A stretch of 63,001 nucleotides of DNA, counting the filler, from Octopus bimaculoides (taxonomy: Eukaryota): the NCBI RefSeq assembly GCF_001194135.2. It is 5 parts of 5 records of this genome, joined end to end, with 100 filler letters (N's around TTAATTAATTAA, not from the genome) between each part and the next. Parts side by side here need not be neighbours in the genome. Positions count along the whole stretch, not along the records: positions 25,123 to 54,466 come from NC_068986.1; positions 54,567 to 63,001 come from NC_068984.1; 3 more parts are not named here. One strand, written 5' to 3'. Below, in pieces: positions 52,247 to 63,001 of this stretch. Position 1 is the stretch's first letter. Every line of letters begins with the position of its first letter. The position numbers were made by a program, and so were the translations under genes. A model generated the notes under the pieces. That model was given only the letters and a program-made list of their open reading frames with translations, did no database searches and was not told the DNA's origin.

Positions 52247-53703
52247 AAAGAGTGCGTGTGTGTGTTTGGGTGTCTTGCTTGTTTAGCTGTCTATAGATTG
52301 ACTGATAGATAAAAGAACAAAAAGACAGAAGAATGGAGAGATTGAGAGTTGCGATCAACATAGGAATTTATGTTGCAGACAGAACGATTTGGCAAAAACT
52401 ATTATAGCGATAGTGTTCTTTACACCCAAATCAGAAACCACTTTTCAGACATACAATCAAATTATACAAGACGCGGCCACATTGCCTTCCATTCTTTCCA
52501 AAAAATTTATGAAATGTTTATGGGTTGTGGACACTCCTGTTCTTAATCTGTAGGATCTTCTATCAAGAGAGTATCTTGCTTCTATTTCTAGTACTGAAGC
52601 AACCTCGTGCTTTCTTAATACCTCTAATTATGGACGAATTGTATGGGATTGGTGACTTGTTTTATTGTCATATAGTATTGAATATTAAACGTGTTGAAAC
52701 TTAATTGGACTGTTTATTACAACCGTTCTTCTTAGAGAGAGAAACAACGTTTCTTTTTTAATTCTCTGTGAAAATATTTCTGTAGGAAGACGCAAACACA
52801 AATTTGAATTATTTGCACAAATTTCTCAATGTACACAATAACTCGTGTTTATTTGTAAACAACATTCAGATGATAAATTCAGTGCATCCACATATGCGTA
52901 CATTGTACATTTGATAAATGTCTAATTAAAAGTAAAATAGATTTGAATAATGAAGAAGGTCACAGCTTTCCGTCAATTATTTACCTCTTTATTTGGAGCT
53001 ATTCTGCGTTTAAAAGTCACGATATCAATGTCACTGCAGAGAACGTTACTGTTTTCAACAGTCATCGTCTAAATATAGTGGATATTTCTGATAAAAGTTC
53101 ACAATGCCAACCAACTAATTATTGCAATGAGTTAAGTGTCTCTGTAAAGGAGGTGCTTAACCCACTGTTATAAGTAAGGCAATCTGTTAATAGCCACTAT
53201 CTGTATCTTCTAAATATGGAGAAACAAGTGTGAAGACAAAGTTCTATAGCATAAAAAACAGTAACTCCGTGCGTGAATATACTTTTATGTCCGGCTGCTT
53301 AAAGGCGAAAGGATATTCCGAAAGATATTGCAATCGCTCTTACAACACTGAAGTAGAAATGATGTTCCTTTTGTAAACCAACGCAGTTCAAGTTGATTAG
53401 TAACAAATAAAAAACATTAACTATATCGTATCTCGTATATTGAAGCACCTGCGTCTGTTGGAGATAATTCTCTTGTCATTTAACATGTAGTAATACTCCA
53501 GTCCAATAGAGTACATTCACCATATTCCTGTCTCAAGCACCATACTACAAATGCACATGTAACTTCAAAACAAGTGCAGTCACGTCATAATTATATACAA
53601 ACCCAAAACCGTAAGGACGCACCGTTAAATCCATGCTCAAACTCTTTCTTTGTCACACATACGTATATATGCCTACAGATGTGTGTTTGTAAGTATGAAT
53701 AGA

Positions 53704-53706
<3 letters not shown>

Positions 53707-53786
<80 letters not shown>
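53707..53786. repeat. (TA)n microsatellite
   Basis: Read directly. Confidence 0.97.
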
Positions 53787-53789
<3 letters not shown>

Positions 53790-54299
53790 TATAAACGTGC
53801 TTATACGCATGTAATACAGTTTTTCTGAATTTTCAGATTTTTTTATATGCTAGGCCACTGGTTTTAAAATGATGTTAATGAAATTAATATTCAATTCATC
53901 AGCCTCAGTATACAAATATATATATATATTTATATATATACAACTTTCCATCCCAAATGTGCAATGAACGAGCAAACGGTAAATTTCCTCAAATCTAAAC
54001 CTAAAAATTTTATATTATAATTCCATTTACTGTTCAATTTAGAACACTATAAAATATTGTTAAACAACAATACTACAAACAGTAACTTCGAAGTTTCAGC
54101 CGATTTAGTTATAGTCAACCAGTCGAAAATTCGAATTCGGTCAATAACACTTCTTTCAGAATAATATATTTCTACTCTTGAATGTTATAGAGTATTTATC
54201 ACATAAGATTAATCTAAAATTGTCTTTGTTATAACCGAAAATAAAAATACACACAACATATACACACACTCAAGCACACACTCACAGACACTCGCACAC

Positions 54300-54466
54300 A
54301 TGGTAATAAGCTTGATTCCCATCCACATGTTTCCGGGTCCAGTCCCACTGAGTGGCATCTTGGCCGAGTGTCTCCTTCTACAGCATTGGGCAGACCAAAG
54401 ACATGTGAGTGGATTTGGTTGGTGGAAACTGAAAGAAGCCCATCCTATTTATACATATGCATATAT
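54300..54466 (+). mobile_element. Diverged SINE, same family as 4347
   Basis: gtgagtggatttggttggtggaaactgaaagaagccc body and a degenerate tRNA head. Confidence 0.7.
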
Positions 54467-54566
54467 NNNNNNNNNNNNNNNNNNNNNNNNNNNNNNNNNN
54501 NNNNNNNNNNTTAATTAATTAANNNNNNNNNNNNNNNNNNNNNNNNNNNNNNNNNNNNNNNNNNNN

Positions 54567-54629
<63 letters not shown>

Positions 54630-54756
54630 TATATATACATATATATATACATATATCAGTCATATCATATCAATATATGTCTATGCATAATGTATAAATT
54701 AAATATATATAATAAATATTATATACATATCTTTCTCTGTCTGTCTGTCTGTCTGC

Positions 54757-54798
<42 letters not shown>

Positions 54799-55224
54799 AT
54801 CTGGCTATTTGTCTGTTTATCTTTCAAATTCACGGCAGACATGGTGCTGTGTTTTCATTGCCAATTTAATTTCATCATTCACAGAATGAGTTTTGCTCAT
54901 ATAAGCAGTCATAAAGACTGTATTGAGCTGCTGCTCTCTGTTGTTAGTAGCGATGTAGTAAATCATCTAGTTACCATACCAACCCCTGCTGCGACTCGGC
55001 TTTTGAAAGTTCCAGAAAAGAACCATAAAATATGCTATCTGCACTCGACCTAGCAGCTTAATAAGCCATTTCTCAATGCAACATTCTAAATGTATTTATA
55101 TGATGTATACAAAGTTCATACCGTTTTAAAGCAGAAAGAAATCAATGTAATCTTATCTATATTCAAGTGTATACATAGAAAATCTATCAGGAAGTATGTA
55201 TATTAATATTAGTCGACTTTACAT

Positions 55225-55520
55225 TTCATGCCGAAAGTATAGAATGTAAAATCGACCTCGTGGGTATTTGAACTCAGAATTTAAAGACGGACGAAATACC
55301 GCTAAGCATTTTGTCCGGCGTGCCTACGATTCTGTCAGCTCGAAGCCTTATATATATATTTTTAATATTAATATCCATACTCAAGTGGTACTAATTTTAT
55401 CGACATCCTTTTGGGGTCGATAAAATAAGTACCACTTGAGTATTGGGGTCGATGTAATCGAATTATGCGCTTCCCTGAAATTGCTGGCATTGTGCCAAAA
55501 TTTGAAACCAATATCAATAA
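55225..55520. mobile_element. Rearranged SINE pieces (minus-strand head plus fold-back core)
   Basis: gacgaaataccgctaagcattt..cggcgtgc head shared with the 56941-57175 copy. The core ggggtcgataaaataagtacca is present in both orientations. Confidence 0.7.
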
Positions 55521-56940
55521 TATATATTAATTCATCTTAAGCATTTTGAAGAGATTTTATCGTTGACTCAATTTTATCATTAATGGGCAGGGGAGGGGCG
55601 TGTTGTGTACCTATAGCAGTGACATAAATACAGATTTCTATTCTTTCATACTATAGTTTACACCTCAGACAACATCTTGTTTCGATTGTTAACTCTGTAA
55701 CATCTGTAGGTGAATGTGTTGAGTACATATAGCAATCTTTTAAATACAGTTCTGGAAGTTTTCATGTTATTACTGGCGATAGTAATCTGGCGAAAAGAAG
55801 CACTACTCCTTCTTGGAGATTTTATCTGACAGGGGTGAACATGGAATATACTAAAAAACAAACAAACAAACAGTTGTAATGTCCCAGCGTACGTTAGTTA
55901 AAGCTTACTCTGAGTCAAATATTTATCTGAATGAACAAAATTCATGTATTTGGGCAGTTTCATGAACGTGACAGAAACACTTCGTAATTTAAACTCCCTC
56001 TGAATCTAGAAAGTCAGTGTAGTCCAAAAATTGGATTGACTTCTATGGTCTTAGTATGGAATTTCAATTGAGAAAAAGTTGACGTTCTGAAATCCCTGTA
56101 CGAGGAGGGTGTTGAGATGTTACTGGCTTTGGGTAAAAGAATATACAGGAGGATCAGTTAATTACGATTTTATTCAACACTTTCCCCTCTCTGATTCACA
56201 CACTTATTGCACCTGTCATTCAGTTTTTCTAAGCCCTGTAGAAGAACTTGAAAGGTCGGGCCTCCACCTTGGCCTTTCGACATACCCCTAAAATCATGAA
56301 TATTTCATCACACCTCCATAATCTGTGTCTGTCGCTAAATTCATGTGAAACCTGGTTTACTTAGCGGAGACATGAAGAAAAAGCAGGAGCGATTTTAACA
56401 GCAGTGTGTACGCAGTATGATCGTATCCGATGGCAAACGTGAGTGACCTTCAAGTCTTCGAACTCAGTCTACTTGTATAGAGTCTCTAGTATTTCCGAAC
56501 CGATTACAATGGAGTAGTTATGTGGTCAGGAGGGAAACAATTTTTGTGAGATTAGTTTGTCCGCAATAGAAGACTGGAGTAAAAGTCCTGACTGCATCAA
56601 AATTATACTGGAGAAGGTCAAAATCATGAGAAGTGTAGAGATAATCTTCGTTCCCCTCGTAGATCGTTTATCGCGGAGAGAAGCACTGCATAATGAAATG
56701 AAGGAATTCGAACTAAATTGTTTATGGCATGTAAAGTTTAAAGAGGAGAGGCTTGATGCATATTTGCCAGTGTGCGGTAGCGTATAGCCCGATTGAATAT
56801 ACATCATGTCCAGGAATTGAAACCACAATGTGATGATCGTGAGCGCAATACGCTAACCAGTAGGTCATGTATTTGTGTGGACCTACGCACAACAAGAGTA
56901 TTTTATCTCAAACACTGTAAACAATATAAATTTTAATTGT

Positions 56941-57175
56941 TATTTCTTTATTGCCCAAAAGAGGCTAAACATAGAGGGGACAAACATGGACAGACAAACG
57001 GATTAAGTCGTTTTTATAAACACCCCAATGCGTAACTGGTACTTATTTAATCGAGCCCGAAAGGATGAAGGGTAAAGTCGACCTCGGCGGAATTTGAACT
57101 CAGAACGTAGCGGCAGACGAAATACCGCTAAGCATTTTGCCCGGCGTGCTAACGTTTCTGCCAGCTCGCCGCCTT
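56941..57175 (-). mobile_element. tRNA-derived SINE
   Basis: Reverse complement: aaggcggcgagctggcagaaacgttagcacgccggg...gagttcaaattccgccgaggtcgacttt..ttcatcctttcggg..cgattaaataagtaccag. Confidence 0.85.
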
Positions 57176-57365
57176 ATAAATTTTACTATTTTAATGAGAG
57201 GTGATTGAAGGACATATTTAATGGTCCTCAATAAGCCATTCTATCAAATAATACAGAGCGCCTATACTGTTGTGTGCATGGAATCTAAAATGTCCTTTTT
57301 TTCTACAACGATAGCATAAGGTACTGCTGCAGTTAGTACTGTTGCAACAACAGGAACAACATTTG

Positions 57366-57432
<67 letters not shown>
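57366..57432. repeat. (CTA)n microsatellite
   Basis: Read directly. Confidence 0.95.
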
Positions 57433-57847
57433 ATGTGCATTTGTGCTTAACTGTTGCTAACTAAAATTTAATTAGCACACTAAAATATGAACTTGCACGT
57501 AAGAAGACCTACATAAGTAGCTTTAATATCAATTACTATCCGCATACGTTTCCGAAAGTACTGGTAAGGTGTATTTATGGTTATGAAGTTCTTTCGGTGA
57601 AACCTTTATATATTCAAATGATTAATACAGGCAAGTGTGTTTGGACGAAAATATATTTTTTGTACTCGTTGATACTAATAAAACATACAGATGCTCCGAT
57701 CTTGAAATTTCTGCGTTTTTTCCCCCCAAAATGATTGTCCGTTTTACTATTAAGCAGAAAACCTGTCTTCTTTATGTATGTATGTATGTATGTATGTATG
57801 TATGTATGTATGTATCTATCTTTCTATATATGTTCTTGCTTGTATCT

Positions 57848-57890
<43 letters not shown>

Positions 57891-58231
57891 NNNNNNNNNN
57901 NNNNNNNNNNNNNNNNNNNNNNNNNNNNNNNNNNNNNNNNNNNNNNNNNNNNNNNNNNNNNNNNNNNNNNNNNNNNNNNNNNNNNNNNNNNNNNNNNNNN
58001 NNNNNNNNNNNNNNNNNNNNNNNNNNNNNNNNNNNNNNNNNNNNNNNNNNNNNNNNNNNNNNNNNNNNNNNNNNNNNNNNNNNNNNNNNNNNNNNNNNNN
58101 NNNNNNNNNNNNNNNNNNNNNNNNNNNNNNNNNNNNNNNNNNNNNNNNNNNNNNNNNNNNNNNNNNNNNNNNNNNNNNNNNNNNNNNNNNNNNNNNNNNN
58201 NNNNNNNNNNNNNNNNNNNNNNNNNNNNNNN

Positions 58232-58269
<38 letters not shown>

Positions 58270-58276
58270 TATTTTG

Positions 58277-58307
<31 letters not shown>

Positions 58308-58893
58308 GTACATATTTTGTATATGTCTATATATATGTAAACATAAACACACATATACACGCATATATATATATATACGCTTGCGTTGAAAACGTCTTGA
58401 ATATGGCATGTAACCATCAAGAGCCCACAAATCTTTCAAGAATAGGGAACCGTGTATCCAGAGTTGAGTGACAGTTCTTCATTTTTCAGCTTAATTGAAA
58501 TCATTAATTAACGTTTTTTTTTCGTTGGTATAAAAATAAAGGGTTACAATAAAGGGGTAAAATTTGGGGGGTATATTCTAGGTTTTGGAAGACTTGACTA
58601 CTAGTTTTGTGGTGTGTTGTTCTGTTAGCATCTGCCTCCGAATCTGACATCTATATCTGTAAGTATATATTCGTGGATGATACTGCAAAGAAGTACATTA
58701 CTGAATGTATATATTTTGGTATTGTTCTGTATTATTTGAGATATATTCGACTACTAGATTTAGAAGGCTTATCTACAATGTAAAAGCTCTATCATTCGCT
58801 TATATATAATGCATATATAAGTATATTTATGTGTGTGTGTGTATTTATGTATATATATATACATACACACTTTCATATGTACACACACACACA

Positions 58894-58969
<76 letters not shown>

Positions 58970-58978
58970 AAGAAAACA

Positions 58979-59091
58979 GAAAATGGAGGAATACTGATGA
59001 ACAACAATTGACTTACATCAATTATTATAAATGACAATTAAATAACAATTGATGCAAGTCAATTGTTGTTCATCAGTGCTTCTCCATTTTC
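58979..59091. repeat. 113-nt near-perfect inverted repeat (about 50-bp stem, 13-nt loop)
   Basis: gaaaatggaggaatactgatgaacaacaattgacttacatcaatt pairs with aattgatgcaagtcaattgttgttcatcagtgcttctccattttc. Confidence 0.92.
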
Positions 59092-60444
59092 AGCTTTCAT
59101 TAAATTTCGATTCTTGATAAACCCATGTTTATCTTTGTCTTTACCTGTAACTTATTAACATGATATGTTTGCATATGTATGTCCATGATTTGATAAAGGT
59201 AATACGCCGGTGGTNNNNNNNNNNNNNNNNNNNNNNNNNNNNNNNNNNNNNNNNNNNNNNNNNNNNNNNNNNNNNNNNNNNNNNNNNNNNNNNNNNNNNN
59301 NNNNNNNNNNNNNNNNNNNNNNNNNNNNNNNNNNNNNNNNNNNNNNNNNNNNNNNNNNNNNNNNNNNNNNNNNNNNNNNNNNNNNNNNNNNNNNNNNNNN
59401 NNNNNNNNNNNNNNNNNNNNNNNNNNNNNNNNNNNNNNNNNNNNNNNNNNNNNNNNNNNNNNNNNNNNNNNNNNNNNNNNNNNNNNNNNNNNNNNNNNNN
59501 NNNNNNNNNNNNNNNNNNNNNNNNNNNNNNNNNNNNNNNNNNNNNNNNNNNNNNNNNNNNNNNNNNNNNNNNNNNNNNNNNNNNNNNNNNNNNNNNNNNN
59601 NNNNNNNNNNNNNNNNNNNNNNNNNNNNNNNNNNNNNNNNNNNNNNNNNNNNNNNNNNNNNNNNNNNNNNNNNNNNNNNNNNNNNNNNATATATATATAT
59701 ATATATATACACGCACGCACACACAGACACAGGCACAAACGTTTCATTTCCTAGATATAGCGGCTGTTTTCCGCCCAGGCACTATACAACCAAAAGGAAG
59801 TTGAGACTGACTACAATCATTTTAGATACTGTTGGGATCTATTTCTTTGTGCAATACATTCTATGGACGTGTGCATCAGATCGATTCTGAAGTATAATTA
59901 GGAATAATGGTTACTATCTACAATATTGATAGATCATTTGCAGTAAAGTTCACAGTTTGTTAGTCACTGCCACGGTCTATAGAATAAAGACACTAAGTGG
60001 AAAGGAAAACAATAAGATAACAAAACAAACGTAACAGTCATGTCTCATTAAAAAAGTAATTGAAGATAATAGACGTAAAGTATTATCATGAACATTATCA
60101 TCAAACTTCGACATTCATCACTACCATCACAACGAGCGTCATCATAATTACCCCGACGATCAGGATCCCCATTGCCGTTCTATTCTTTGTCGCTGCCGTC
60201 GTCGTCAGCATCATGATCATTCTGATGACGATGACGACGACGATGATGATGATGGTCATCATCATCATGATCATCGACATCAGCATCATCGCGTGTAAAA
60301 TGTCCTTGAACTCCAGAGATAACCTGAAATATCTCTCCCTCTATCATTTTCTTGTTCATTGCTCATTTGTTTAATTAAATTTACACATGATCAAAGCAAA
60401 GACAAACACATATGTACATATACTTATATGCATCCATATATATA

Positions 60445-60483
<39 letters not shown>

Positions 60484-61073
60484 NNNNNNNNNNNNNNNNN
60501 NNNNNNNNNNNNNNNNNNNNNNNNNNNNNNNNNNNNNNNNNNNNNNNNNNNNNNNNNNNNNNNNNNNNNNNNNNNNNNNNNNNNNNNNNNNNNNNNNNNN
60601 NNNNNNNNNNNNNNNNNNNNNNNNNNNNNNNNNNNNNNNNNNNNNNNNNNNNNNNNNNNNNNNNNNNNNNNNNNNNNNNNNNNNNNNNNNNNNNNNNNNN
60701 NNNNNNNNNNNNNNNNNNNNNNNNNNNNNNNNNNNNNNNNNNNNNNNNNNNNNNNNNNNNNNNNNNNNNNNNNNNNNNNNNNNNNNNNNNNNNNNNNNNN
60801 NNNNNNNNNNNNNNNNNNNNNNNNNNNNNNNNNNNNNNNNNNNNNNNNNNNNNNNNNNNNNNNNNNNNNNNNNNNNNNNNNNNNNNNNNNNNNNNNNNNN
60901 NNNNNNNNNNNNNNNNNNNNNNNNNNNNNNNNNNNNNNNNNNNNNNNNNNNNNNNNNNNNNNNNNNNNNNNNNNNNNNNNNNNNNNNNNNNNNNNNNNNN
61001 NNNNNNNNNNNNNNNNNNNNNNNNNNNNNNNNNNNNNNNNNNNNNNNNNNNNNNNNNNNNNNNNNNNNNNNNN

Positions 61074-61110
<37 letters not shown>

Positions 61111-61291
61111 TATATATACACAAACACACATATATATATATGTGTGTCTATGTGCGTGTTTGTGTGATTGTATATGCATGTATTTGTGCGTGTGTACATG
61201 TGTGTGTGTGTAATCCATATACATATATAAACATATATGTACATCAATATACATGTTTGTGTAAATATGTATCTACTCACACATACATCTA

Positions 61292-62174
61292 TAAAAGTGC
61301 GATGGGTAAATTGTCGCCATTTTATATTTTTGATTTCGTGCATGTAGATTGTTTGTTTTTGATTTTGTCGACTACACAGTATAGTAGGGTTAATTGGGCA
61401 CTATGTGTGAGAAAAGCAGCACCATGACGCAATTGACTCTGCCAGGAATTTGGAAACGACATGCTGTAGTGCTTGGTATTCGCGCCAGAAGCCCAAATAC
61501 GAATATTTCCGAGTGCTTGAGTGTCAATCTGAGGACAGTGCAAACTGAGGACATGTACCCAGAGGGATAGAAATCAAACATCCAGTCAACATGTCGGTGT
61601 TTGGAGTGATCACTAGTGATGGCGACGTTATGCCTCCATTCATCTTCCCACTCGGCCTCAGACTCAACAGAGAGGCTTACATCAAGTGCCTGGATGAAGT
61701 AGTGTTGCTCTGGGTCAAGAGGGTGGCTACTGGAACAACCCATGTCTGGCAACAGGATTCTGCACCATGCCACACAAACAGGAGAACTCAGTCATGGCTG
61801 TCAGACAATTTCTGTGACCCCATCACCCCTAACATCTGGCCCCTAATTCCCTTGACTGCAACGCCCTTGATTATTGTGTGGGTCACAGTTGAGCGAGTGA
61901 CCAACAAATCTACTTGTAACACTAATGATGAACTGAAAGATTATGACAGCGTTCACTAACTTAAAGAAGGCGACCGTCCAGAAGAGTTGCAAGGGATCCC
62001 GAAGACGTCTGGAAGTCGTGGTTGAAGTCAATGGCAATTTTATTGAGTATATTTACTCTTTAGTGTTTCAAGATACTCATATGTAATTTTAGTAAATATA
62101 TCTGTTAAAACGAGATAATGAGTGTTAATATCATTTTTGCGTAATTTAGACGACAATTTATTCATCGCACCCTG
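61292..62174 (+). mobile_element. Tc1/mariner (maT/DD37D-like) internally deleted copy with both TIRs
   Basis: VWQQDSAPCH...TQSWLSDNF..ITPNIWP transposase fragment. TIRs are ..gtgcgatgggtaaattgtcg and gacaatttattcatcgcaccctg, with TA on both flanks. Confidence 0.85.
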
Positions 62175-62412
62175 TATATATCCATATATATATANNNNNN
62201 NNNNNNNNNNNNNNNNNNNNNNNNNNNNNNNNNNNNNNNNNNNNNNNNNNNNNNNNNNNNNNNNNNNNNNNNNNNNNNNNNNNNNNNNNNNNNNNNNNNN
62301 NNNNNNNNNNNNNNNNNNNNNNNNNNNNNNNNNNNNNNNNNNNNNNNNNNNNNNNNNNNNNNNNNNNNNNNNNNNNNNNNNNNNNNNNNNNNNNNNNNNN
62401 NNNNNNNNNNNN

Positions 62413-62465
<53 letters not shown>

Positions 62466-62924
62466 ATGCATACACGCATAGGATATGGATTTCCATCGTT
62501 CGACAAAGAGGTTTCAATTGTTTGTTTAGCTGAGCCACCTGCTCCTGAATTATCAAGTAAGCGGCTGAGTATTTCGCACGTGCATTAAGTACGTTTGCCA
62601 AAGTAGTTCGTTTCGAAAACATTTGGTCCCTGGTTTAAATTTTCTGCCAGACATCTTAAACAAATGCCATCTTCTATAACCTTCTAAGCGAAGGTTGACC
62701 CTTGTATTTGACTCCTACTATATTTTATCCATCCCAAATTTAGGACAGAATAAGTTGAGCTAGGTATGATTTCGACTCACAAGGGAAAACCGGAAAAAAT
62801 GCCGGCAAAATATTTTGCTCGGCTTTCCAACGATTCAGCCAACTCTCTGCCTTAACAACAGCAACAACAATTATAATAGCAGCATCAGCATCAGCGATAG
62901 CAGCAGCAGCAACAACAACAACAC

Positions 62925-62989
<65 letters not shown>

Positions 62990-63001
62990 GCCCTGATGCC
63001 G

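Noticed and set aside
60110-60290. (GAT)n/(CAT)n strand switch forming small hairpins
   Set aside because: Explained by adjacent degenerate triplet microsatellites of opposite polarity.

Overview
AT-rich, microsatellite-dense, gappy eukaryotic scaffold, most likely octopus (inferred from the tRNA-derived SINE families, RTE tails and microsatellite load). Only one confident host exon is present: an internal coding exon of AAGAB (minus strand, 11230-11411). There is also an isolated first-exon-like segment (16923-16997, minus) encoding an N-terminal PIP-box peptide that resembles UNG2 and lies just inside a Helitron-type 5' end. The rest is mostly decayed mobile DNA: two unrelated Penelope-like retroelements, a Tx1/L1 LINE, RTE and CR1-like LINE relics, three R4/Dong-type 3' fragments beside (TAA)n, non-autonomous Helitrons, MULE and Tc1/mariner (maT-like) relics, and many SINEs. 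The most interesting observations are: (1) a Penelope-like element combining a ~68-aa insertion in the RT fingers, a C-terminal GIY-YIG domain and a hammerhead ribozyme with an intact core; (2) the possibly Helitron-captured UNG2-like exon; (3) an unclassified element bounded by 167-bp structured direct repeats; (4) several long near-perfect hairpins. Four N44-TTAATTAATTAA-N44 blocks look like artificial joins, so adjacency across them is unreliable. All assignments were made by eye, with no database searches.
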